From a virus, in the IMG/VR virus record IMGVR_UViG_3300042472_000301, positions 28,901 through 92,900 of that record: 64,000 bases of DNA; one strand, written 5' to 3'. A model generated the notes under the pieces. The model did no database searches, was not told the origin of the DNA, and was given only the letters and a program-made list of their open reading frames with translations. The stretch's first letter is position 1. Each line of letters starts with the position of its first letter. A program made the translations under genes and the position numbers. Below are positions 55,403 to 64,000 of the stretch, piece after piece.

Positions 55403-55915
55403 ATGCCGAGCAAATCACCTGCCCAAAAGCGCTTGATGCAGGCCGCCGCTCACACTAAGGGTGGGTTCGGCGGTGTGCCTCAGAAGGTCGGTAAAGAGTT
55501 TGCGGCGGCTGATAAGATGAAAAGCGGTGGGCTATACGCCAACATCCACAAAAAACAGGAACGTATTGCTGCGGGCTCGGGCGAGCGTATGCGCAAGGTA
55601 GGCAGCGCAGGAGCACCGACCGCAGCAGCTTTTAAGCAGTCTGCAAAGACTGCAAAGATGAAAGACGGCGGTGATGTCTCTTTAGCAGTCGGTCGGGGCG
55701 AGAAATTGCCAACAGATCAGGGCGCGGGACTCACAGCCAAAGGTCGTGCGAAGTACAATGCAGCAACAGGGTCGAACCTGAAAGCCCCTCAGCCAGAGGG
55801 CGGTAGCCGTAAAAATTCATTTTGCGCCAGAATGTCTGGTGTAGTCAAGCACGCAAGCGGCGATGCGCCACGCGCAAAAGCCTCCTTAAAACGCTGGAAA
55901 TGTCCGGGGTGGTAG
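55403..55915 (+). CDS. three-module basic protein ending in a DUF6321-like domain
   Basis: MPSKS.AQ..LM..AAH / GLYANIH.K...APT...FK / GLTAKGR..YN..TGSNLKAP...SFCARM..W.C, separated by MKSGG and MKDGG. Confidence 0.65.
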   Translation: MPSKSPAQKRLMQAAAHTKGGFGGVPQKVGKEFAAADKMKSGGLYANIHKKQERIAAGSGERMRKVGSAGAPTAAAFKQSAKTAKMKDGGDVSLAVGRGEKLPTDQGAGLTAKGRAKYNAATGSNLKAPQPEGGSRKNSFCARMSGVVKHASGDAPRAKASLKRWKCPGW

Positions 55916-56974
55916 ATGTCAACTAGCGGCACAGTCTCTCAGACCACAATCTCTGTCCAACAGCTAATCGATCACGGCGCACGCCGTGCGGGTAAGCTCG
56001 CCGAGGAGCTGACCGTCGAGCAGGTGCAGGCCGCTAAAGAGAGCCTGTACTACCTGCTCTCGAGCCTGAGTAACTACGGCGTCAATTACTGGGCGATCAA
56101 CAAAGTCATCGTTGGTCTGCAACCAAACAAGTACGAGTACTTCCTGCCCGTGGGCACGGTCGACGTGCTCAACGCCAACTACCGCACGCTCACCAACATC
56201 AGTACGGGTGCCAACAGCACGTCAGGAACGACCCTGAACGCATTTAACGGCGTAGGTGACCTGATATGTCAACTGAGCAACAACACGGGCTCTATCGGCA
56301 TTGCAAACGGCACGAGCAGCCCTGTCTACATCAGCACGATTGGTATCTTGCCTGCGGTGTCAGGTTCTGTGACCGTGAATCTGCAGTACTCGCAAGATGG
56401 CACGACTTGGGTGACGGTTTACGCACCCGGCGCAGAGACGTGGGCATCTGGCACTTGGATTTATTACGACCTTGACCCCTCTGAGACAGCGCCTTTCTGG
56501 CGTATCCAGCAGACTGCGGGTGTCAATATGGGCTTCTATCAGGTTGTATTTGGCACGATGCCGATGTCAATTAACATGTCGCGCATGAACCGTGACGATT
56601 ACAGCTCACTGCCTAACCGCTCGTTTACGGCGTTGCGCCCTTTGCAGTACTGGTTTAATCGCACGATCCCTCAGCCCAACATGGAAGTCTGGCCCGTGCC
56701 TGACAACATCAGCCCTCAGCTCGAGCTGTGGTTAAACCGCTATATTCAAGACGTCGGCGATCTAAGCGGCGAGATTGAGATCCCTCAATACTTTTACATG
56801 GCAATTCAAAACGGCTTGGCGCACCAAATGGCGTTGGAGTTGCCGCAAGTTGATGCCGCGCGTATAACGTACCTTGAGCAGCAGTACGAGAAGCACTTCA
56901 TGTTGGCTCAGAACGAGAACCGCGACAAGTCACCCATTATGATCTCGCCCAATATCAGCATGTACACGAGATAG
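55916..56974 (+). CDS. head-tail connector/adaptor-like protein with beta-domain insertion
   Basis: MSTSGT, R.DY..LPN....RP.QYW..R, VWPVP, GLA...A.E. Confidence 0.6.
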   Translation: MSTSGTVSQTTISVQQLIDHGARRAGKLAEELTVEQVQAAKESLYYLLSSLSNYGVNYWAINKVIVGLQPNKYEYFLPVGTVDVLNANYRTLTNISTGANSTSGTTLNAFNGVGDLICQLSNNTGSIGIANGTSSPVYISTIGILPAVSGSVTVNLQYSQDGTTWVTVYAPGAETWASGTWIYYDLDPSETAPFWRIQQTAGVNMGFYQVVFGTMPMSINMSRMNRDDYSSLPNRSFTALRPLQYWFNRTIPQPNMEVWPVPDNISPQLELWLNRYIQDVGDLSGEIEIPQYFYMAIQNGLAHQMALELPQVDAARITYLEQQYEKHFMLAQNENRDKSPIMISPNISMYTR

Positions 56975-56983
56975 GGGTATGAA

Positions 56984-57325
56984 ATGCCTCGCTTTTTGAA
57001 TACAATTGGTAACAGTAGTTTGAGTGTTTTCATATGCGACCGTTGCAAGATGAAAAGAGCTTATAGCGACATGCGTGCAGACGGCAACATACCCGCTATA
57101 AAGGTTTGCTCTGAGTCGTGTAGTGACCAGTTTGACCCATATAGGTTGCCGGCAAGGCAGTCTGAAAAGATTAGCTTACGTTTTCCTCGCCCAGATGAGG
57201 ATGTTGCAGAGCAGCACAACAACATTATCCTTGATCCTGACATTCAGAACAAAGATGACGTTGGCATCGCAACTGAGCAAGCGAATACGCCGAATGACGG
57301 TAATTTAGACGTACTTTCACCGTAG
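56984..57325 (+). CDS. small Cys-containing virion-module protein
   Basis: CDRC...VC...C.D..DP...PRPD. Confidence 0.6.
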   Translation: MPRFLNTIGNSSLSVFICDRCKMKRAYSDMRADGNIPAIKVCSESCSDQFDPYRLPARQSEKISLRFPRPDEDVAEQHNNIILDPDIQNKDDVGIATEQANTPNDGNLDVLSP

Positions 57326-57333
57326 AGATTTAT

Positions 57334-59076
57334 ATGGCCGATGTCAGGATCACAGCCCTACCCGCAGCTCAGGCCATCACAGGCACTGAGCTAGTGCCTG
57401 TCGTCCAGAACGGATTAACGGTTCAAACGACTGTCTCTGCGATTACCTCGAGCCCCTCGCTCACGCAAACATTTTTGACTGTTGGCCTGCAAACAACGCT
57501 GCCCAATAGCCGTTACTTCTCAACAGGCGTCGGGCTCGGCATCACAGACGGTGGTGCGCAAGGCGCGTATGCGATCAGTTTAAACGGCACTAGCGGCTCA
57601 TTAGAGACCGCAGGCACGGGCATCGTTGTTAAGACTGCTGCTAATACCATCACAGCACGATCGTTCGCTGTGAGCGGTTCTGGGCTGTCTTTGACCAACG
57701 GTAGCGGGGTAAGCGGTGACCCAACGCTCGCTTTGAGTGGTTTACCATTAGTCCTTGCAAACACGGTTGGCACGGGCTTATTGGCGGTCAACGGCGCGGC
57801 ACTTACGCCACTCACGATTACAGGCACTGCTAATGAAATCGCGGTCACAAGTGGCGACGGCGCAAGCGGCAACCCGATTATTGGCATTGCAACAAACCCA
57901 GTGCTACCGGGCACAGCCGCGGTGCAGGTACCAAGTGGCACGACCGCGCAACGCGCAGGCGCTGTTGGCGCGTTCAGGCTTAACTTAGACACAAACCTAT
58001 TTGAGGGCTTTAACGGCTCTTGGAACTCTTTTGCAGCGGGCTCAGGCGTCACCTCAATTTTAACGGGCACGGGATTAACAGGCGGTCCGATCACCTCCAC
58101 GGGCACGATTGCAATTGACTCAACGGTTGCCACGCTCGCAGGCACCCAGACGCTCACCAACAAGACGATTAGTGGCGCGAGCAACACGCTGAGCAATATT
58201 GCAAACGCATCATTGGCCAACTCTGCCATCACGATCAACGGCAACTCAGTCAGCCTTGGTGGCTCGACCACCGTGACAGCAACGGCGTCTAATCCACTTA
58301 CAATAGGCACTGGGCTTTCAGGTACAAGCTACGACGGCTCTGCTGCTGTGACTGTGGCGATTGCCAACACCGCGGTGACCGCTGCGGCGTATGGTTCTGC
58401 CTCGAGTGTGGCAACGTTTACCGTTAATGCTCAGGGTCAGTTAACGCTGGCTGCGTCGACAGCAATTGCGATTGCTGCGTCACAAGTCACTAGCGGCACG
58501 CTTGCAATTGCTCAGGGCGGTACAAATAGCTCCGCCACGCCGACTAATGGTGGTGTTGGTTACGGTACAGGTACGGCGTATGCGTTTTCTGCGGCAGGCA
58601 CATCAAGCGAGGTTTTAATCTCTGCAGGTGCAGCGTCGCCTACTTGGGCAAGTCAGTCAAGTCTAGCGGTTGGTACGTCTACTAACCTTGCAGGCGGTGC
58701 AACTGGATCATTGCCTTACCAGTCAGGCGCTGGTGCAACGACGTTCTTGCCTACAAGCACGAACGGTTACATCTTGACCTTGACCGCAGGTTTACCTTCT
58801 TGGCAACCAGCCCCAGCGTCTGGTGTTACAACATTTAGCGCAGGCACCACAGGTTTAACACCTAGCACTGCAACAAGCGGTGCGGTAACCTTAGCAGGTA
58901 CTTTAGCAATCGCTAACGGCGGAACAAATGGCACTGCCACGCCGACTAATGGTGGCGCGGCTTACGGAACAGGGACTGCTTACGCTTTCACTTCAGCTGG
59001 TACCGCTGGGCAAGTTCTAACATCAACAGGTGCAGGCGCACCAACTTGGTCAGACATTTCTGGAGGTACATTCTGA
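57334..59076 (+). CDS. tail fibre protein
   Basis: V.ITALP.A....GTELVPVVQNG N-terminus; GTLAIA.GGT repeats; C-terminal ISGGTF. Confidence 0.75.
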   Translation: MADVRITALPAAQAITGTELVPVVQNGLTVQTTVSAITSSPSLTQTFLTVGLQTTLPNSRYFSTGVGLGITDGGAQGAYAISLNGTSGSLETAGTGIVVKTAANTITARSFAVSGSGLSLTNGSGVSGDPTLALSGLPLVLANTVGTGLLAVNGAALTPLTITGTANEIAVTSGDGASGNPIIGIATNPVLPGTAAVQVPSGTTAQRAGAVGAFRLNLDTNLFEGFNGSWNSFAAGSGVTSILTGTGLTGGPITSTGTIAIDSTVATLAGTQTLTNKTISGASNTLSNIANASLANSAITINGNSVSLGGSTTVTATASNPLTIGTGLSGTSYDGSAAVTVAIANTAVTAAAYGSASSVATFTVNAQGQLTLAASTAIAIAASQVTSGTLAIAQGGTNSSATPTNGGVGYGTGTAYAFSAAGTSSEVLISAGAASPTWASQSSLAVGTSTNLAGGATGSLPYQSGAGATTFLPTSTNGYILTLTAGLPSWQPAPASGVTTFSAGTTGLTPSTATSGAVTLAGTLAIANGGTNGTATPTNGGAAYGTGTAYAFTSAGTAGQVLTSTGAGAPTWSDISGGTF

Positions 59077-59792
59077 TGGCACAAAGCGGCTTTACCCCAA
59101 TCAAACTTTACCTCTCGACGACCGCGGCGGCAGTGCCTACGGCTGGCAACTTAGAGCCCGGCGAGTTAGCGATCAACAACAACGACGGCAAGCTCTTCTA
59201 CGAAGACAGCTCGGGCGTTGTTCAAGTCATTGCCACAAAGGCGTCTGCTGCTAATTCTTTTTCCGCTGGCACAACAGGTCTCACGCCTAACACTGCTACT
59301 ACTGGTGCAGTAACCTTAGCGGGTACGTTGGCTTTAGCAAACGGTGGAACAAATGCCTCGCTGACGGCTGTAGCAGGTGCGGTGCCTTACTCCTCGGCAT
59401 CTGCGCTTGCTTTGACAGCGGCGGGTACAGCAGGTCAGGTCTTAACGTCAAACGGCGCAAGCGCACCTACATGGTCTACTCCTGCGGGTGGCGTGACACT
59501 TGCCAATGACACATCAACAACTTCTAACCTTTACCCCACATTTGCTGCGGCAACCTCTGGCTCTGTGTCTACTATTTACACGGGCAATGCAAACTTGCTG
59601 TACAAGCCAAGCACGGGCGAGCTTCAGTCAACAGCTTTGGTCGCAAGTAACGGCATCGTGGTAAACAGCGCAACAGTCGCAGCCAACTACACGATTGCAT
59701 CGGGTAACAACGCCATGTCTGCGGGTCCTGTGACGATTAACTCTGGCATTGTGGTCACGGTTAGTTCAGGTTCGGTCTGGGTGGTCGTGTAA
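59076..59792 (+). CDS. tail fibre/branching protein
   Basis: P.AGNL.PGELAIN..DGKLFY anchor-type N-terminus; shares a repeat with 57334. Confidence 0.65.
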   Translation: MAQSGFTPIKLYLSTTAAAVPTAGNLEPGELAINNNDGKLFYEDSSGVVQVIATKASAANSFSAGTTGLTPNTATTGAVTLAGTLALANGGTNASLTAVAGAVPYSSASALALTAAGTAGQVLTSNGASAPTWSTPAGGVTLANDTSTTSNLYPTFAAATSGSVSTIYTGNANLLYKPSTGELQSTALVASNGIVVNSATVAANYTIASGNNAMSAGPVTINSGIVVTVSSGSVWVVV

Positions 59793-60850
59793 TGGGACTG
59801 CGACTCAAAGCCTTCGCTCTAGGTACGGTTGAGGTCAACCCTGTTGACACAGCATCTAACGTGTCTGTGAACGTGCAGGCAGCGAACGGTGTCTTGTCGT
59901 ATGCAGACTCAGCGACTGGCGGTTTATATTTGCCATCAGGAACAACGGCACAGCGTCCTGCAAGTCCTGCAACAGGGCAGATGAGGTTCAATACCACGCT
60001 TGGCTACGCTGAGTTTTATGCGTTGGGGAATTGGTTCGCTGTGGGTGCTACGCCGACTCTTGCTATATCGTATTTAGTTGTGGCGGGCGGTGGTGGTGGT
60101 GGTGCAAGAGGTGCAGGTGGTGGTGGGGCAGGAGGGTTTTTAACAAGCACCACAATGTTAAGTTTAGGCACAACATATACAGTTACTGTTGGTGCTGGTG
60201 GTGCGGGTGGAGTCACTTCCGCCAAAGGCGCTCAAGGTTCTGATTCTGTATTTAACTCTATTACATCAACAGGTGGCGGTGGCGGTGGTACTTATGATGC
60301 TGCACCATCTAGTGGCGGTGGTTCTGGCGGCGGTGGTGGCGATAATGAAGCAAATAGCAGCGGCGTCGGCGCAACTGGAACTAGCGGTCAAGGAAATTCA
60401 GGCGGGACAGGCGCAAATAGCGCCCCTGCGTATGTTGGCGGCGGTGGGGGCGGCGCAGGCGCAGTAGGTGGAAATGCAAATACCGGAACAAATACTGGTG
60501 GTAGTGGTGGTGCTGGTACAGCTTCTAGCATTACAGGAACATCTGTTACTTATGCCGGTGGTGGTGGTGGTTCTAGCTTTAGTGGCACAGGCGGTAGTGG
60601 TGGTGCGGGCGGCGGCGGGGCGGCATTTACGGGGAACACAAATGGAGCAGCAGGTACAGCAAACACCGGCGGCGGCGGCGGTGCGGGTGGTTATCCAACA
60701 TCAACAGGCGGTGCTGGCGGCTCAGGCGTAGTCATCCTATCAGTACCCACGGTGTACTACTCAGGCACAACCACAGGATCACCAACTATTACTACCTCTG
60801 GCTCAAATACGATATTAAAATTTACCTCGTCGGGTTCTTACACGGCATAA
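59792..60850 (+). CDS. glycine-rich tail adhesin
   Basis: LPSGTTAQRP..G..RFNTT anchor; YLVVAGGGGG...GSGVVI...KFTSSGSYTA. Confidence 0.75.
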   Translation: MGLRLKAFALGTVEVNPVDTASNVSVNVQAANGVLSYADSATGGLYLPSGTTAQRPASPATGQMRFNTTLGYAEFYALGNWFAVGATPTLAISYLVVAGGGGGGARGAGGGGAGGFLTSTTMLSLGTTYTVTVGAGGAGGVTSAKGAQGSDSVFNSITSTGGGGGGTYDAAPSSGGGSGGGGGDNEANSSGVGATGTSGQGNSGGTGANSAPAYVGGGGGGAGAVGGNANTGTNTGGSGGAGTASSITGTSVTYAGGGGGSSFSGTGGSGGAGGGGAAFTGNTNGAAGTANTGGGGGAGGYPTSTGGAGGSGVVILSVPTVYYSGTTTGSPTITTSGSNTILKFTSSGSYTA

Positions 60851-60859
60851 GGAATAGAT

Positions 60860-61882
60860 ATGGCAGGCTCAATTAAGTTGAACGCACCATTAGGCGGAAG
60901 TGTCACACTCAACGCTGTGGACACCGCATCGAACTTTGTAATGACCGTACCTGCTGCGGCTGGCATCTTAATTAACGCTGACTCTGCTACGGGTGCTGCA
61001 CAACTTCCTGTTGGCACTACGGGGCAGAGACCTGCTTCGCCTGCTACTGGGCAGACTCGGTACAACAGCACGACAAATGCGCTTGAGATTTACGCAAATG
61101 GTGCTTGGGGCGCAATTAACGCGTATACGGGCAGTTATCTTGTTGTTGCAGGTGGCGGTAGCGGCGCTGGGTATATCGGTGGTGGCGGTGGCGCAGGTGG
61201 TTTGTTAACAGGAACAATGACTTTTTTTGCTAGTTCTGTGTATACGATAACAATTGGCGCAGGCAGTCCTGCATCAAGTAGTGGTGGTGTTGGGGCAAAC
61301 GGGTCAAATTCTACCGCGCTTGGTTTAACCCTTCTAGGCGGCGGCGGTGGCGGTAGCTATGTTGTAGCCCCATATACAGGTCTTGCTGGTGGGTCAGGTG
61401 GTGGCGGTTCTCAATCGCAAGCGGGCGGTGCAGGCACATCCGGTCAAGGAAATGCGGGAGGGTCAGGGAACAATACTGGCGCTAATCAGTATGGCGGGGG
61501 CGGAGGTGGTTCTGGTGCTGTGGGCGCAAATGCAAGCACAATTGCGGGAGGAAACGGCGGCGCAGGAACTTCAAGTTCTATTTCGGGTTCGGCAGCGTTT
61601 TATGCAGGCGGCGGCGGCGGGGGTACTGGCGGTGGTAGCACACCGGGTACTGGTGGCGCAGGCGGCGGCGGAGCTGGTGCTGCATCTGGTGCTGGTACAG
61701 CAGGTACGGCGAATACCGGTGGTGGTGGTGGTGGCACAGTAACCGGAATTAGTGGAGCAGGCGGTTCAGGCGTAGTCATCATCTCCTACGCTGGCGCACA
61801 ACGTGCTACTGGTGGAACCGTAACTAGCTCAGGCGGCAACACAATCCACACCTTCACCACATCTGGCACATTTACGGCGTAA
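60860..61882 (+). CDS. glycine-rich tail adhesin
   Basis: Same architecture as 59792; ends HTFTTSGTFTA. Confidence 0.75.
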   Translation: MAGSIKLNAPLGGSVTLNAVDTASNFVMTVPAAAGILINADSATGAAQLPVGTTGQRPASPATGQTRYNSTTNALEIYANGAWGAINAYTGSYLVVAGGGSGAGYIGGGGGAGGLLTGTMTFFASSVYTITIGAGSPASSSGGVGANGSNSTALGLTLLGGGGGGSYVVAPYTGLAGGSGGGGSQSQAGGAGTSGQGNAGGSGNNTGANQYGGGGGGSGAVGANASTIAGGNGGAGTSSSISGSAAFYAGGGGGGTGGGSTPGTGGAGGGGAGAASGAGTAGTANTGGGGGGTVTGISGAGGSGVVIISYAGAQRATGGTVTSSGGNTIHTFTTSGTFTA

Positions 61883-61892
61883 AGGAAAGAAC

Positions 61893-62849
61893 ATGACAGC
61901 ATATGTAGGCGGCTCAACAGGATTTGGCCCACCATCATGGACAACAGCAGGTCGCCCCGGCAGTCCTGTCTTAGGTCAGCTTGGTTGGAATACAACTTTG
62001 GCACAACTTGAGGCTTACAACGGCGTAAGTTGGCAGACGCTTGCGTCAACTGCATATTCTATTGACAGTTTAGTTGTAGCTGGCGGCGGTGGTGGGGCGG
62101 GTATTTCGGCAGGTGATGTTGGCGTTGGTGGAGGTGGCGCAGGTGGTGTATTAGTAGGGTCTGCCGCTTCTGTAAGCCCCGGGACTTCCTATACCGTCAC
62201 TATTGGCGCAGGCGGCGCAGGCGGCGCAGGATCACTTTCTATTACAGGAAAGGGAACTTCCGGCAGCAATTCATTGATAACTTCAATTGCAACTGCAATC
62301 GGCGGAGGTGGTGGTAGCAACAGATATTTTTCTGCTGATTCTGGCGGTTCGGGTGGTGGTGGATCATTTGGTACTGGTTTGCCCGGCTCAGGCACTGCTG
62401 GTCAAGGATTTGCAGGTGGCACAGGAACAGCCACAGTGAATTACGGCGGTGGTGGCGGCGGTGGTGGGAGCGCTTTGGGCGGAACAGGTACAGCAAGTGT
62501 TGGCGGTAATGGCGGTGCAGGAACGTCAAATGCTTATTCAGGCGCTTCGGTAACTTACGGCGGCGGCGGAGGAGGTGGAATTGCTGGTGGTACAACAGCC
62601 GGAACTGGCGGAGCGGGTGGCGGAGGAAATGGTGGCGCTGTTGCTGCGGGTTCAGCGGCTAGTGTAAACACCGGAGGTGGTGGTGGTGGTGCAGGGTCTA
62701 ACGGCGCTCAAGTAGGTGGCGCTGGTGGTTCAGGAATTGTCATCATCCGTTATACAGGTACTGTTGCTAGAGGCACAGGCGGCACAATCACCATTACAGG
62801 CGGTTACGTTATTCACACATTTACAACTAGCGGTACATTTACAGCATGA
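61893..62849 (+). CDS. glycine-rich tail adhesin
   Basis: WTTAGRP..G...NTT anchor; LVVAGGGGG...HTFTTSGTFTA. Confidence 0.75.
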   Translation: MTAYVGGSTGFGPPSWTTAGRPGSPVLGQLGWNTTLAQLEAYNGVSWQTLASTAYSIDSLVVAGGGGGAGISAGDVGVGGGGAGGVLVGSAASVSPGTSYTVTIGAGGAGGAGSLSITGKGTSGSNSLITSIATAIGGGGGSNRYFSADSGGSGGGGSFGTGLPGSGTAGQGFAGGTGTATVNYGGGGGGGGSALGGTGTASVGGNGGAGTSNAYSGASVTYGGGGGGGIAGGTTAGTGGAGGGGNGGAVAAGSAASVNTGGGGGGAGSNGAQVGGAGGSGIVIIRYTGTVARGTGGTITITGGYVIHTFTTSGTFTA

Positions 62850-63334
62850 TTACGCAAGAGCGCCTGAAAGAACTTTTTGACTACCAAGACGGGCAACTGA
62901 TTTGGAAAGTCAAGAAGGCTCGTGCAAACAAGGGTGATATTGCTGGTTGCAATGCACTAGCTAATGGCATTATGTATCGCCAAACCAAGATTGATGGCAA
63001 GCAGCATCGAGTTCATTGTTTAGTGTTTTTGTTGCACCACGGTTATTTGCCAAAACAAGTAGACCATATTGATGGTAACGGTTTAAACAACAGAATTGAA
63101 AACTTGCGAGCAGCAGACGCTAGTAGCAATGCGCTTAATTCAAAAATAAAATCATCAAATACATCAGGATGCAAAAATGTTTATTGGCATACTGAAGCAA
63201 ACAAATGGTTTGTAAGAATTACTTTAAAAAACAAATTGTATAGTTTTGGTATGTATGACGATTTAGAATTAGCAGATTTAGTAGCAACAGAAGTTCGTAG
63301 CAAATTTCATGGGCAGTTTGCCCGTCATTTTTAA
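62846..63334 (+). mobile_element. free-standing HNH homing endonuclease (HNH plus AP2-like domain)
   Basis: ITQERLKELF.Y, VDHIDGNGLNNRIENLR, NTSG.KNV.W; visibly AT-richer than flanks. Confidence 0.85.
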
Positions 63335-63344
63335 GGAGTATATT

Positions 63345-63725
63345 TTGAGCCACTACGCCAAAGTCGTTGACGGTAAGGTTGTATCAGTTATCGTTGCAGA
63401 AGCAGAATTTTTTGATACGTTTGTAGACTCTTCGCCCGGCGCTTGGGTCAAGACCTCATACAACACCCGTGGCAACGTCCACTATGTGCCTGACAGCAAC
63501 ACCCCAAGCGCAGATCAGTCAAAGGCACTGAGAGGCAACTACGCAGGCGTGGGTTATCACTACGACCCCGTAGCAGACGTTTTTTATGCACCACAGCCCT
63601 ACGCATCATGGGTACTAAGCCCATTGACTTTCTTGTGGGAAGCGCCTGTTGCTATGCCTGCTGACGGTAAAGCGTATGAGTGGGACGAAGCCACGACATC
63701 GTGGAAAGAATTGGTTACGGCTTAG
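63345..63725 (+). CDS. partner protein of Gly-rich adhesin (putative chaperone)
   Basis: AAGGAG RBS plus TTG start, (M)SHYAKV...TSYNTRG..LRGNYAG..FYAPQPY.SW; homolog of 2215. Confidence 0.65.
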   Translation: MSHYAKVVDGKVVSVIVAEAEFFDTFVDSSPGAWVKTSYNTRGNVHYVPDSNTPSADQSKALRGNYAGVGYHYDPVADVFYAPQPYASWVLSPLTFLWEAPVAMPADGKAYEWDEATTSWKELVTA

Positions 63726-63731
63726 AAAAAT

Positions 63732-63917
63732 ATGAAAGATAAACAACTGAAAGCTTTGTGTGAACAAGCTGGAATGGAATGTAGCTTGGGTCATTGGTAT
63801 GTCACAGATGCAAACCTTGAAAAGCTTGTCAGGTTGGTTGCCGAAGACACGGCATTGCTTCACAAATTGCGTAGTGATGTAACCACTGTTTCAATATCAC
63901 CAGACACAACACAGTAA
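63732..63917 (+). CDS. hypothetical protein
   Basis: LKALCEQAG...LEKLVRLV resembles early small-gene modules. Confidence 0.4.
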   Translation: MKDKQLKALCEQAGMECSLGHWYVTDANLEKLVRLVAEDTALLHKLRSDVTTVSISPDTTQ

Positions 63918-63926
63918 GGAAAGATC

Positions 63927-64000
63927 ATGGCTCTTGACGTACAAGGTACAGACTATTTAAAACTGCCGGTAGGTACTACGGGTCAACGTCCGTCTGTTCC
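63927..64000 (+). CDS. start of further fibre/adhesin gene (3' truncated)
   Basis: AAGGA RBS; MALDVQGTDYLKLPVGTTGQRPSV carries the same anchor motif. Confidence 0.6.
   Translation, partial: MALDVQGTDYLKLPVGTTGQRPSV

Noticed and set aside
59792-62849. Diversity-generating retroelement acting on adhesin paralogs
   Set aside because: No reverse transcriptase in the window and no near-identical TR/VR pair differing at adenines; paralogs diverge throughout
1-64000. Prophage boundaries, tRNA genes or alternative genetic code
   Set aside because: No integrase, att-like context, host genes or cloverleaf seen; core genes are intact under the standard code

Overview
The window is entirely tailed-phage (podovirus-like) DNA with no bacterial genes, integrase, RNA genes or CRISPR. 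It seems to hold parts of two genomes. Segment A (1 to ~8.3 kb) is the distal virion module of a P22-like phage: gp10-type nozzle C-terminus, tail and Gly-rich adhesin genes, and three ejection-type proteins. A lysis cassette follows (8.3-10.2 kb). Segment B (~10.3-64 kb) is a near-complete, circularly permuted genome: adaptor, nozzle and ejection genes; a leftward early region (small-gene array, family-B-like DNA polymerase, DUF2815 SSB, DUF2800 nuclease); Cro-like HTH, primase-VirE helicase, an iteron-rich origin candidate, VRR-NUC and SNF2; DUF932; TerS/TerL; a 2070-aa polyvalent protein; portal, GroES, scaffold and capsid; then fibres and Gly-rich adhesins with an HNH insertion. The strongest novel signal is a short [FYMLH]-[AK]-x-G-G-x-(V) peptide present ~29 times in six head or ejection proteins of segment B. 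It sits at the apparent domain boundaries of the giant protein and of a three-part small protein, suggesting a phage polyprotein-cleavage or capsid cargo-loading tag. Also seen: a TTDAC-N3-GTHAA operator family, mostly on early sigma70 promoters, a structured RNA cassette before the polymerase, and a shared late-leader element. All family calls come from motif recognition, not database searches.
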